Below, piece after piece: positions 1-9,288 of a DNA stretch of 64,000 nucleotides. This DNA comes from a virus, in IMG/VR virus record IMGVR_UViG_3300020183_005994, positions 7,362-71,361 of that record; one strand, 5' to 3'. Below the pieces are notes generated by a model, which did not search any database, was not told the origin of the DNA, and saw only the letters and a program-made list of their open reading frames with translations. Position numbers and translations under genes: made by a program. Position 1 is the stretch's first letter; the number at the start of each line of letters is the position of its first letter.

Positions 1-477
1 TACGATTTTGACATGAGTGAATTTGATTATAGAGATATAGTTATAAGAAATTTAAATATTTTTCATAGTAAAAAGTTTTTAAATTTTAATAAAGAAAGTT
101 TAAATCAAAAATGGATTGAATGTTATAATAATATTATTGATCCACTTCCTGAAAGAGATACAATTATTTCTAGAACTCTTAGATATAGAGGAAATGATAA
201 TTATTATTATTTAAATTTAGAAAGAATTAATAAAAAAGGAATTTTTGTTGGTCTTGAAGAAGAATACAAAAATTTTGTTGATTTATATGGTTGTAAAATA
301 CCTTTTTTTAAAGCAAAAACTTGTTTAGATATTGCTAATTTAATTTCTAAAAAAAACAACTTTATAGGTAATGGTTCTTTAGTGTGCGCTATAGCAATCG
401 GAATTGGTCTAAATATAGAATACGAATATTGTATTAATGCATCGCATTACATTTTTGATAATATCAAATACTTTTAA
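1..477 (+). CDS. Glycosyltransferase-like protein, GT9-type C-terminal part (probably 5'-truncated by the window)
   Basis: Frame is open from base 1; FIGNGSLVCAIAIGIG resembles the GT9 FIGNDSG...AAALG motif; sits in the sugar cluster. Confidence 0.5.
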   Translation, partial: YDFDMSEFDYRDIVIRNLNIFHSKKFLNFNKESLNQKWIECYNNIIDPLPERDTIISRTLRYRGNDNYYYLNLERINKKGIFVGLEEEYKNFVDLYGCKIPFFKAKTCLDIANLISKKNNFIGNGSLVCAIAIGIGLNIEYEYCINASHYIFDNIKYF

Positions 478-488
478 TAGGAAAAAAC

Positions 489-1262
489 ATGAATAAAAAA
501 ATAGGATTTATAACTTATGTTACCGATGATAAATCAGGATATTACGGAATTTATAAAATGATTAATTCATTTTATAAATATCATCCAGATTATCCTTTAT
601 ATGTTTTATCTTCAAAAGATATTATAAGAGAATGCAATAAATATGGTGAAAGTAGTTTTTATTATTTTAATCCAATTATGTCTAGAACTATAGCTGATAA
701 ATATGATATAGTTGTACACATTGATGCAGATTGTATAATAACTGATAGAATGGATGAAATATTAGAGGGCGATTATGATGTGGCTGTTGTTCGCAATAAC
801 AGCGATATAGGAACAGCAGGGTGCGGCGCACCATGTACAGCAAATGGACAAATTGATATTTTTAAATATGCTAATTGTGGTCTTATAGCGTCTTCTAAAA
901 AAGAATTTTGGGATACTTGGATAGCAAATAATCAAAAATATAAAAATGTTTTTTTTCAACACGAACAAGATATCCTTAACTTAATGTTAAAAAATAGTCC
1001 AAATTTAAAAGTAAAAATTTTAGATGCTGTTGAAAATAATTGTTATTACGGTATTGCAAATGCTTATGGTACAAAAACCCATTGGGATTCTTGGAAAGAA
1101 ATTGAATTAAGAGGAGATAAACTTTTTTTAAATAATAAAAAAATTAAAGTACTTCATCATGCAGGTGGTTTTGTACCAGAGAAACTAAAATTAGACACTT
1201 CTTTATTTTCCGAAGAGGTATCTAATCATTTAAAAAACATTTGTAATGTTATAGAAAGTTAA
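489..1262 (+). CDS. GT-A fold glycosyltransferase (GT8 / nucleotide-diphospho-sugar transferase-like)
   Basis: HIDADC DxD motif, NCG, EQDILN and LHHAG motifs. Confidence 0.8.
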   Translation: MNKKIGFITYVTDDKSGYYGIYKMINSFYKYHPDYPLYVLSSKDIIRECNKYGESSFYYFNPIMSRTIADKYDIVVHIDADCIITDRMDEILEGDYDVAVVRNNSDIGTAGCGAPCTANGQIDIFKYANCGLIASSKKEFWDTWIANNQKYKNVFFQHEQDILNLMLKNSPNLKVKILDAVENNCYYGIANAYGTKTHWDSWKEIELRGDKLFLNNKKIKVLHHAGGFVPEKLKLDTSLFSEEVSNHLKNICNVIES

Positions 1263-1266
1263 AAAA

Positions 1267-1821
1267 ATGTCATTTAATTATATTAAAGAAAAAGAAAAAA
1301 TGGATAAATTTTTAATTGGTTTGCAAAAATCAAAAAAATTTCTTACTATAGGTTGGAGATATGATAGCGGATATTGGTTATTTGATGATTATGTATCAAA
1401 ATATTTTACTTTTGATACTGATCAAGTATATGTTTTAGATGCTTTTTGTAAAAATTTAGAAGATTTTAATAAATATAATGTTACAAAAATATGCTGCGAC
1501 ATAAGAGATTTTGATTATAAAAAATATTCTTTAAATGATGTTGCAATAATTTGGGAACATGGACCAGAACATTTAATCAAAAAAGAAGCTGTAAAAGTAA
1601 TAAATTCAATGAAAAAATATGCTAGCTTTATTGCAATAGAAACGCCTAGAGGCGAATATCCGCAAGGAGAACTATATGGTAATCCACATGAAAAACATTT
1701 AAGTTCTTGGGATTTTGAAGATTATAAAACTTATTTTCCTGACTTTACTACGTGGCATAATGATGACCATAATCCACCTCTAGGAGTTTTAGGTGCCTTT
1801 TGGAGCAAACATGATATTTGA
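1267..1821 (+). CDS. SAM-dependent methyltransferase-like protein (divergent)
   Basis: CDIRDF, PEHL, IETP and HLSSW pattern typical of phage class I MTase-like proteins; glycine-rich motif I is degenerate. Confidence 0.5.
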   Translation: MSFNYIKEKEKMDKFLIGLQKSKKFLTIGWRYDSGYWLFDDYVSKYFTFDTDQVYVLDAFCKNLEDFNKYNVTKICCDIRDFDYKKYSLNDVAIIWEHGPEHLIKKEAVKVINSMKKYASFIAIETPRGEYPQGELYGNPHEKHLSSWDFEDYKTYFPDFTTWHNDDHNPPLGVLGAFWSKHDI

Positions 1822-2608
1822 TTGTATGATGTTTTTTAATGAAATTGATTTATTAAAAATAAGACTTGAACAACATGATTCTTTTGTAGATAAATTTATT
1901 ATTATTGAAGCAGATTCTACACATTCTGGAATAAAAAAAGAATATATTTTAGAAAAACATTTCAAAGAATTTGAAAAGTTTAAAAATAAAATTATTTATG
2001 AAAAAATATCTTTTAAAGATATAAATAAGTTTAATATTGTTTCTTGGAACAATTCTTATAATATAGCGGCTAATAGAGAAATATGGGGTAATGAAAATTT
2101 TCAAAGAAATTATTGTTTAATAACATTAAAAAATTTAAATGCTTCGGATAATGATATAATTATATCATCAGATTTGGATGAAATAATAGATCATACAACA
2201 ATGAATAATAGTATAAATTTACTAAATCATTTTGAAATTATTAAATGTAGACAAAAACATTATGCATATAAATTAAATTTATATTGTGGTAATGATACGG
2301 CTGGTCCAAAAATTTTAAAATATTCTATTTTTAAACAAATAGATCCTAGTCTTCTAAGAGAAAAAGATGTTGGTATAGAAATAAATGGTGGCTGGCATTT
2401 TAGTTTTCTGTCAGACACCGAGGAAAACGTTTATAAAAAATATATTAGTTTCTCACACAGTTTTCAAAATACTGATGTTACAAATGGTAATAAAGGTGTA
2501 GAAAAATTACGTAAGGATATGATAAAAGAAAAAGTGAAAATTGATAGTTCATATCCAAAATATATTATTGATAATTTACAATATTTTAAAAAATATATTG
2601 AGGAGTAA
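1811..2608 (+). CDS. Glycosyltransferase family 17 (GnT-III-like GlcNAc transferase)
   Basis: FDCMMFFNEIDLLKIRL, ENFQRN, SDLDEI and GGWHFSF motifs; ATG at 1811 with GGAG at 1802-1805. Confidence 0.85.
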   Translation: MIFDCMMFFNEIDLLKIRLEQHDSFVDKFIIIEADSTHSGIKKEYILEKHFKEFEKFKNKIIYEKISFKDINKFNIVSWNNSYNIAANREIWGNENFQRNYCLITLKNLNASDNDIIISSDLDEIIDHTTMNNSINLLNHFEIIKCRQKHYAYKLNLYCGNDTAGPKILKYSIFKQIDPSLLREKDVGIEINGGWHFSFLSDTEENVYKKYISFSHSFQNTDVTNGNKGVEKLRKDMIKEKVKIDSSYPKYIIDNLQYFKKYIEE

Positions 2609-2611
2609 TTA

Positions 2612-3169
2612 ATGAAAATATTTGGCACAGATGAAAATATAAAAATTGATTTAGTGCATGCGGAACTAGTAAAATCATTAGTTATTAGTAGTAAACCTGA
2701 AAAAGTTCTTGAATTAGGTATTGGCGGTGGTAGATCAACCGATGCTATCATTCAGGCAATAGAATATAATAACAATAAATGTTCATTTACCGTGGTTGAT
2801 AATTGGTTAGATTTTGGTGGTATAATGCCCCAAGAAGTACAACAAAAATATGGTTTAAAAATTAACATTGTGTCGAGTGATGAAAAAAAATATATATTTT
2901 CGTGTAACGAAAAATATGATTTTATAATGAGTGATGCAGATCATCATCATACAAATGAATGGTTTGAATATGTTTATGATAATATATTAAATAATAATGG
3001 AATTTTAATTTATCACGACGTTGATAATGTTACTAACGTTTATCCTAATTTAGTAGATATATATAAAAAATGTAATGAAAAAAAAATATCACATTATCTT
3101 TTTAATAAAAGCTCTTTGGATACTGAAAGATGCCATAGAGGATTATTAGTGATTTTTAAAACTTTATAG
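2612..3169 (+). CDS. Class I SAM-dependent methyltransferase (Methyltransf_24-like)
   Basis: VLELGIGGGRS motif I, YDFIMSDADH, LIYHD. Confidence 0.8.
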   Translation: MKIFGTDENIKIDLVHAELVKSLVISSKPEKVLELGIGGGRSTDAIIQAIEYNNNKCSFTVVDNWLDFGGIMPQEVQQKYGLKINIVSSDEKKYIFSCNEKYDFIMSDADHHHTNEWFEYVYDNILNNNGILIYHDVDNVTNVYPNLVDIYKKCNEKKISHYLFNKSSLDTERCHRGLLVIFKTL

Positions 3170-3176
3170 GTTTATT

Positions 3177-4124
3177 ATGAAAAAAATTGTTTATGTTACT
3201 GGTTGCTTAGGTTTTATCGGTTCACATGTAACTAAAAAATGTCTTGAAAATGGATGGTATGTTATAGGAGTAGATAAAATTACTTATGCTGCTAACGACC
3301 ACTTACTTAAAAAATTTAATACATATAAAAACTTTAAATTTGAAAAAAAAGATATAAATGATATTATTTTTTTACATGATTGTGATTATGTTATAAACAC
3401 CGCTGCTGAAACACATGTAGACAATTCAATTGTGGATAGTTCAGAGTTTATAAAATCAAATATTAACGGTGTGCATAATCTTTTAAAATTAATACAAAAT
3501 TTTAGAGGAACTACAAAACCTATTTTATTACATTTTAGTACTGATGAGGTATATGGGGACTCTGGTAATTCAGCGTTTAAAGAAACGGATTTATTATGTC
3601 CCAGCAATCCTTATTCTGCTACAAAAGCTGCTGCTGATATGCTAATTTTAGCTTGGCACAGAACGCATAACGTACCTTATGTTATAGTCCGTCCAAGTAA
3701 TAATTATGGTATTTATCAACATGTAGAAAAATTAATACCAAAATCTTGTAAATATTTACATTTAGGTAAAAAAATTCCTTTACATCAAGCAGGACAACCC
3801 AAAAGAACATGGCTGCATGTCGAAGATACAGCTGATGCGATTATACAATTAATAAATATTAATGCTATTAATGAAATTTATAACATTGGTGGCAATTTAG
3901 AACAAAAAAATATTATAACTGTTAATAAAGTGATAGATGCTTATTATAATAAATCTGTAAATTATGACGATTATATAGATTTAAATTTTAAACGAGTTGG
4001 TCAAGACTTAAAATATCAAATTGATGACACAAAACTTAAATCTATTGGCTGGAAAAACAAAAAAATATTTGATGAAGAAATTGTTAAAATAGTTTCTTAC
4101 TATAAGGATAACTTTGTATGGTAG
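3177..4124 (+). CDS. rmlB: dTDP-glucose 4,6-dehydratase-like extended SDR
   Basis: VTGCLGFIG, DKITYA, AAETHVDNSI, STDEVYG, PYSATKAA, NNYG and EKLIP motifs. Confidence 0.9.
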   Translation: MKKIVYVTGCLGFIGSHVTKKCLENGWYVIGVDKITYAANDHLLKKFNTYKNFKFEKKDINDIIFLHDCDYVINTAAETHVDNSIVDSSEFIKSNINGVHNLLKLIQNFRGTTKPILLHFSTDEVYGDSGNSAFKETDLLCPSNPYSATKAAADMLILAWHRTHNVPYVIVRPSNNYGIYQHVEKLIPKSCKYLHLGKKIPLHQAGQPKRTWLHVEDTADAIIQLININAINEIYNIGGNLEQKNIITVNKVIDAYYNKSVNYDDYIDLNFKRVGQDLKYQIDDTKLKSIGWKNKKIFDEEIVKIVSYYKDNFVW

Positions 4125-4735
4125 ATGAAAAATTAAAAAAAAGACTTTTAGAATTATGTTATAAAAACAAGTTACATCACCTTGGTAGTTATTTTTCATC
4201 TTTAAACATTATTGATCAAATTTATTCAAAGATGTCCCAAGAAGATATATTTATTTTATCAAACGGTCATGCAGTTGCTGCTTTATATGTAGTATTAGAA
4301 AAATATTTTGGTTTTGACGCTCAATATTTACTTGATAAACACGGAGAACATCCAAAATTAGATGAAAAACATAAAATTTATTGTTCTACCGGTAGTTTAG
4401 GAATGGGTATTTTAGTAGCTGTTGGTAGAGCGATGGCTAATAAAAATAGAAATGTTTATTGTTTAATCTCTGACGGAGAATCGGCGGAAGGATGTGTATG
4501 GGAAGCTTTAAGGTTTACAAAAGAAAATAATTTAAATAATTTAAAAATATTTGTTAATGCAAATGGATATTGTGCATATGATATAGTTGATATAGAATAT
4601 TTAGAAAAAAGAATAAAATCATTTAATGAAAATGTTATAATTTGTAAAACTCATGTTGAGCATTTTAATTTTTTAAAAGGGATTGATGCACACTATTATT
4701 GTATGAGTGAAAAGGATTATGAGGAAAACAAATAA
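4118..4735 (+). CDS. Transketolase-like N-terminal TPP-binding subunit
   Basis: HLGS, LSNGH, HP, STGSLGMG and the SDGESAEG..WEA...N TPP motif. Confidence 0.85.
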   Translation: MVDEKLKKRLLELCYKNKLHHLGSYFSSLNIIDQIYSKMSQEDIFILSNGHAVAALYVVLEKYFGFDAQYLLDKHGEHPKLDEKHKIYCSTGSLGMGILVAVGRAMANKNRNVYCLISDGESAEGCVWEALRFTKENNLNNLKIFVNANGYCAYDIVDIEYLEKRIKSFNENVIICKTHVEHFNFLKGIDAHYYCMSEKDYEENK

Positions 4736-5211
4736 TGAGAAAAACATTTGCTAATCTTCTGTATAGAGAAATGGAAAAAAATAAAGATATTTATTTATTA
4801 AGCGGCGATCTCGGTTATAGATTATGGGATAATATAAAAAAAGATTTTCCTGATAGATTTATTAATCCCGGTTCGGCAGAGCAATTAATGGTAGGCATGG
4901 CTGTTGGTTTGGCATTAGAAGGAAAAATACCTGTAGTCTATTCTATAACTCCGTTTCTATTATATAGACCATTTGAAATTATAAGAAATTATATAAATTA
5001 TGAAAAAATATGTGTTAAATTAGTTGGTGGTGGGCGTGGAAAAGATTACGATAAGCTTGGTTATACTCATTGGGCCGAAGAAGACAAACAAATTATGAGC
5101 GTTTTTAATAAAATAACCGTTAAGCATCCTGATACAACTGTTGAGTTAGAAACAATATTTTTTGATTTTTTATACAATAAAGATCCTTTTTATTTAAATT
5201 TAAAGAAATAG
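4735..5211 (+). CDS. Transketolase-like pyrimidine-binding subunit (lacks the C-terminal domain)
   Basis: GDLG, FPDRFIN.G.AEQLMVGMAVGLALEG, RPFE, GYTHW; TAATG coupling to the upstream gene. Confidence 0.85.
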   Translation: MRKTFANLLYREMEKNKDIYLLSGDLGYRLWDNIKKDFPDRFINPGSAEQLMVGMAVGLALEGKIPVVYSITPFLLYRPFEIIRNYINYEKICVKLVGGGRGKDYDKLGYTHWAEEDKQIMSVFNKITVKHPDTTVELETIFFDFLYNKDPFYLNLKK

Positions 5212-5212
5212 T

Positions 5213-6073
5213 ATGAACATTTGGTTAACTACAAAAAATGGTTTTCTTGGCAATGAATTAACTAAACTATTTTGTGCAGATAATTCTAATTTATTTTTGT
5301 CTTCTAGAAATGAAGTTAACTTATTAAATATTAATGATGTAAATAATTATATAAAGAAAAATAAAATAGATATTATTTTGCATAATGCCGTAAAAGGCGG
5401 AAGAAGAATAAAAAATGATGATTATCAAACATTTTATGAAAATATTTTAATGTTTGAAAATATTGCTTCGAATTTTAATAAAGTAAAAAAAATTATTAAT
5501 TTTGATAGTGCCGCTTCCTTTGATAGAAGAAGAGATATAAATAATTTTAAAGAAAATGAATTAGGTGTTTCAATACCAATTGATTATTATGGCCTTTCTA
5601 AAATGAACATAGCCTTAAGAACAAGAAATTATAATAATATTTATAATTTAAGAATTTTTAATTGTTTCGGTATTGAAGAAACGCCAGAGCGTATGATTCG
5701 TTCTAATATTTTAAAATATATTAACAATAATAATTTAATTGTTCACAAGAACAAATTTATGGATTTTTTCTTCGTTGAAGATCTTTATACATTATTAAAA
5801 TATTATATTAATAATAATGTATTTATTAAAGATATTAATATGGTTTATAATAAAAAATATACTTTAAAAGATATTTGTTTATTAATTAATGATATTAGCA
5901 CAAAAAAAAGTGATATAATAATCGAAGATGAAATATTAGATAATTCTTATACTGGTAATAGTGAATTAATAGATAGTTTAAATTTAAAATTTTATGGTTT
6001 AGAATACGGTATAAAAAAAATGTATAATTATTATAATAAATTAAGTAATGGAGAAAAAAATGAAACTTTCTGA
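5213..6073 (+). CDS. NAD(P)-dependent epimerase/reductase (sugar-nucleotide SDR)
   Basis: NGFLG glycine-rich variant, YGLSK (YxxxK), LRIFNCFG, DFFFVEDL. Confidence 0.8.
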   Translation: MNIWLTTKNGFLGNELTKLFCADNSNLFLSSRNEVNLLNINDVNNYIKKNKIDIILHNAVKGGRRIKNDDYQTFYENILMFENIASNFNKVKKIINFDSAASFDRRRDINNFKENELGVSIPIDYYGLSKMNIALRTRNYNNIYNLRIFNCFGIEETPERMIRSNILKYINNNNLIVHKNKFMDFFFVEDLYTLLKYYINNNVFIKDINMVYNKKYTLKDICLLINDISTKKSDIIIEDEILDNSYTGNSELIDSLNLKFYGLEYGIKKMYNYYNKLSNGEKNETF

Positions 6074-6224
6074 TCAGGCATTAACGTGTATTATGGTAGC
6101 ATTACAAAAAAGTATAATGGAACAAGCAGATATTGTACCTATATTAAAAGATTATAATTTATATTTAAAAGAAGATAATCTATATGTTGAAAATCCACCA
6201 CAAACTTTAAAGTTAGATAAATAA
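6060..6224 (+). CDS. Small hypothetical protein, 54 aa (MKLSDQALTCIMVALQKSIMEQADIVPILK...), absent from the ORF track
   Basis: GGAG at 6050-6053, ATG at 6060, TAA at 6222-6224; fills the gap between its neighbours. Confidence 0.75.
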   Translation: MKLSDQALTCIMVALQKSIMEQADIVPILKDYNLYLKEDNLYVENPPQTLKLDK

Positions 6225-6227
6225 TTT

Positions 6228-6482
6228 ATGCCTACATATATTTATAAATGTAATAAATGCGAAAGCACTTTTAAAGCATTCCACGGCATGAGTGACGTTT
6301 TAAATGAATGTATGGTATGTCACCATATTGGTGATATAAAAAAATTGCCAGCGCTTTTAACTTCATTACCGGAACGCGATAAGGAAAAAGAGGCGGCTGG
6401 TACTCGCGTTAAAGAAGCGATAGAAGATAATAGGAAGCTATTGCTAGATTCACAGCAAGAATATAAAAATAGGAAAATGTAA
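6228..6482 (+). CDS. FmdB-family zinc-ribbon protein
   Basis: MPTYIYKCNKC...CMVC. Confidence 0.8.
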   Translation: MPTYIYKCNKCESTFKAFHGMSDVLNECMVCHHIGDIKKLPALLTSLPERDKEKEAAGTRVKEAIEDNRKLLLDSQQEYKNRKM

Positions 6483-6838
6483 TGTTATTAATACTATCTA
6501 TAATGTTGTTTATATCATTTATAGTTATTGCTATTCTTATTTGGTATACTAGAAAACTAGTTCAAAATTTATATTTTGGTGTTAATAATGTTGATGAATT
6601 GCAAAAATTATTAAATGAATATTCCTCTTTGCTAGAGCCATTAGCAAACATGGAAAATTATTACGGGGATCCTGCCCTATCTTCAGCTATAGCAAATACA
6701 AAAATGGTCATAGAAGCTTGTAAGGCATATAAAAAGTCTATTATAGAAAGCGAAAATGAAGAAGAAAATCAAAAAGAAGAAGAAAATAGTAAAGAAGATA
6801 ACAAAAAAGAATCAAAAGCGGTCATACAATCCTTCTAA
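6482..6838 (+). CDS. Hypothetical membrane-anchored protein
   Basis: N-terminal hydrophobic helix, acidic C-tail, TAATG coupling. Confidence 0.65.
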   Translation: MLLILSIMLFISFIVIAILIWYTRKLVQNLYFGVNNVDELQKLLNEYSSLLEPLANMENYYGDPALSSAIANTKMVIEACKAYKKSIIESENEEENQKEEENSKEDNKKESKAVIQSF

Positions 6839-7640
6839 AAAAATTAAAGATTCTAATATTGTAATAAAACAAGATATTGTTATTACTTTACCGACAAAAA
6901 ATATTAATTTTAAACCAATTTCTAAACAAATTGTAGAAAAGTCTAATAAAAATCAATATTTTACTAAAGTTCACGAAAACGCCATTTTGCAGTATGCGTC
7001 TATTATAGACAATAATCAAAAAACATATTTATATACCACTTTCATTCAACCAGCTTTTAATGAAATGGTAGAAAAAATAGTTTATACTTATAAATTCAAT
7101 AGTTTACCTAATATTGATGATTTAAAAAGCGAATGTAAAATATTTTTAACTACTATTCTTGATAAATATGACATAAATAGAGGCTCTAAGGCCTTTTCAT
7201 ATTTTAGTGTTATTACTAAGAATTGGTTTATACATAAAGTTAAAAAAAATAACAATAAAAAAGAGGTTTATATAGAAGATATAAAAGATACTTCTCAAGA
7301 AGCCGAATTAACTTATGAAGAAACTTATGTTGTAAATAGAGAAAAAGAAGAATTTTGGTATGCATTAGAAAGCGAAATGCATAATTGGTTTGATAAAAGG
7401 TTAAAAGAAAATGAAATTAAAGTATATAAAGCAATCATATTATTATTTAAAGAAAGCGAAAGCATAGAAATTTTTAATAAAAAAGCTATTTATCTATATA
7501 TGAGAGAAATAACTGGATTAAATACGAAACAAGTAGTAAATAACTTAAAAAAGTTTCGTTATAAATACGAAGACTTCAAAAAAAATTGGCAAAATGGAAA
7601 TATATCTCATATAAAGCCAAGGATATATGAAAATGAGTAA
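6756..7640 (+). CDS. gp55: Phage late sigma factor (T4 gp55-like)
   Basis: YFT...AILQY and KYDINRGSKAFSYFSVITKNWFI, resembling sigma region 2 of gp55-type proteins. Confidence 0.7.
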   Translation: MKKKIKKKKKIVKKITKKNQKRSYNPSKKIKDSNIVIKQDIVITLPTKNINFKPISKQIVEKSNKNQYFTKVHENAILQYASIIDNNQKTYLYTTFIQPAFNEMVEKIVYTYKFNSLPNIDDLKSECKIFLTTILDKYDINRGSKAFSYFSVITKNWFIHKVKKNNNKKEVYIEDIKDTSQEAELTYEETYVVNREKEEFWYALESEMHNWFDKRLKENEIKVYKAIILLFKESESIEIFNKKAIYLYMREITGLNTKQVVNNLKKFRYKYEDFKKNWQNGNISHIKPRIYENE

Positions 7641-7932
7641 TAAAAAAACTCTTGAAGAATATATAATAGATAGCACAAAAAATATTGAAGATGATAGAGC
7701 GGTAACCACTAAGCTTCTTGAAGATTTAATATTAACTATGGATAAGCATAAAGAAGAAAAGTATACACATAAAAACTTTGGTGAAATAGCAGCAATGTAT
7801 TTAGAAACTTTACAAAGATCAAACGAACAGCTAGTTAAAATAGCATCTTTAGTACAAAGAAGCGAGGGTGTTAAGGAAGGTTTATCAAAAAACGAAAAAG
7901 ATAATTTATTTGATTTAATAAAGGAGGGATAA
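7627..7932 (+). CDS. Hypothetical helical protein (possibly terminase small subunit-like)
   Basis: 101-aa helical ORF containing YLETLQRSNEQLVKIA; the function is a guess. Confidence 0.55.
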   Translation: MKMSNKKTLEEYIIDSTKNIEDDRAVTTKLLEDLILTMDKHKEEKYTHKNFGEIAAMYLETLQRSNEQLVKIASLVQRSEGVKEGLSKNEKDNLFDLIKEG

Positions 7933-7936
7933 GCAG

Positions 7937-9286
7937 TTGTCTGGACAAACAAAATTTTTTCCTTCAGTTAATAATCCTGCTAGATATGATCGCATTGGAC
8001 AAGTACTAGATATAAAAAACACTACCTTACAAGGTACTTTAAGAAATTTATTAAATGATTATTATTCTAAAAACGTTTTAAAAGGCGTTAATGGCTTTCA
8101 TGGTACTGTTTTAAGAAAAGAATTATCATTTAATAACTTTGATTATTCACCTAAGAATTATACTGATTTAGCATTGGGTTTAGCACCTGTTCGATATAAA
8201 GTTTGGATTGATGGCGCTTTATGCCAAATATATGGTACGAAAAGACCATCTGATGACGAACCTGCTGGTAGGACATTAATTAATTGCTTACCAGATTGTA
8301 CATTAAGCCCTCAATCATTTACAGATCCTATTGCTGGAGTTGAAGTTGGAGATCAAGTGTGGGTTACGTTTGACAATACAGAAACTTATAGTAATCCCGT
8401 AATAGCATATAAAATAACCCAAACACCTGATGGATTTGGTGCTTATGGAGGTAATATAGCCATCACTCCTTCAAGCGCTTTTGATGGTGTACAATTTGTT
8501 CCCGGCTCTAGCGAAGATGAAGGCGTTAACCCAACATTAACCGAACAAGAAAAAGCTCTTAATTATGTAATAGTTGATTATCCGCTAAACTTTATAGGCT
8601 TTCCTAATATTCCAGCATCAGCAAACGTACCAGCGCCAGCTAATTGTCACAATGAAGCGGTTTATTTAGCTTTATCGCCAAACTATAATTGGCGTCAATG
8701 TTTTAGTTGGACCAAGAAAAAAATGAGAATTGTGCAAGGACAGCATAAATTAACTGCTAGAGCGGCAGAATCTTGTTTAGCGCTACTAAAATATTATGAA
8801 GAAACGAATAAAAATTCTTTAAATAAAAAAATTTTATTATCAAGCAGTTATAGGTTAATAGAAACACAGATAACTTTATTAAAAGAAAGATTCACTTGGA
8901 ATACAGAAAAAAAAATTTTAGAACTTAATTCTGCTGGTTTAAAAAGTGGGTATGCTGGTAATTGTTTTAGTAAAAATGCAATGAGTGGCGGATCTCATGT
9001 TAAGGGACAAGCAATTGATATTTGGATGGGTAATACTATGAGAAATGGTGCAATAGTTAATTCTAACACTCTTACGCATAAACAAAAATTTGGAACTGAA
9101 ATTTTTAAATGGATGAATGAGAATGCTAGAAAATTTAATTTTTATCCTACAGCAGCATATATAAGCTCCACACCAGAATCATGGCATTGGGAATATGTAG
9201 AACCGGGTAGACAAGTTAAAGAAAAATTTAGTGTCGACACTATAAGAAATTACGCTTTAAAAACTGCTATAGACGCAGAAAAATAA
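7937..9286 (+). CDS. Baseplate hub-like protein with a C-terminal M15 (VanY/D,D-peptidase-like) zinc peptidase
   Basis: SSYR...Q, SHVKGQAID (H-x6-D), ESWHWEY; OB-fold-like EVGDQVWVTF; TTG start with AAGGAGG upstream. Confidence 0.75.
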   Translation: MSGQTKFFPSVNNPARYDRIGQVLDIKNTTLQGTLRNLLNDYYSKNVLKGVNGFHGTVLRKELSFNNFDYSPKNYTDLALGLAPVRYKVWIDGALCQIYGTKRPSDDEPAGRTLINCLPDCTLSPQSFTDPIAGVEVGDQVWVTFDNTETYSNPVIAYKITQTPDGFGAYGGNIAITPSSAFDGVQFVPGSSEDEGVNPTLTEQEKALNYVIVDYPLNFIGFPNIPASANVPAPANCHNEAVYLALSPNYNWRQCFSWTKKKMRIVQGQHKLTARAAESCLALLKYYEETNKNSLNKKILLSSSYRLIETQITLLKERFTWNTEKKILELNSAGLKSGYAGNCFSKNAMSGGSHVKGQAIDIWMGNTMRNGAIVNSNTLTHKQKFGTEIFKWMNENARKFNFYPTAAYISSTPESWHWEYVEPGRQVKEKFSVDTIRNYALKTAIDAEK

Positions 9287-9288
9287 TC

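Noticed and set aside
4735-5211. Transketolase pseudogene (missing C-terminal domain)
   Set aside because: Motifs are intact, coupling is tight on both sides and there is no remnant of the missing domain, which fits a compact functional gene better.
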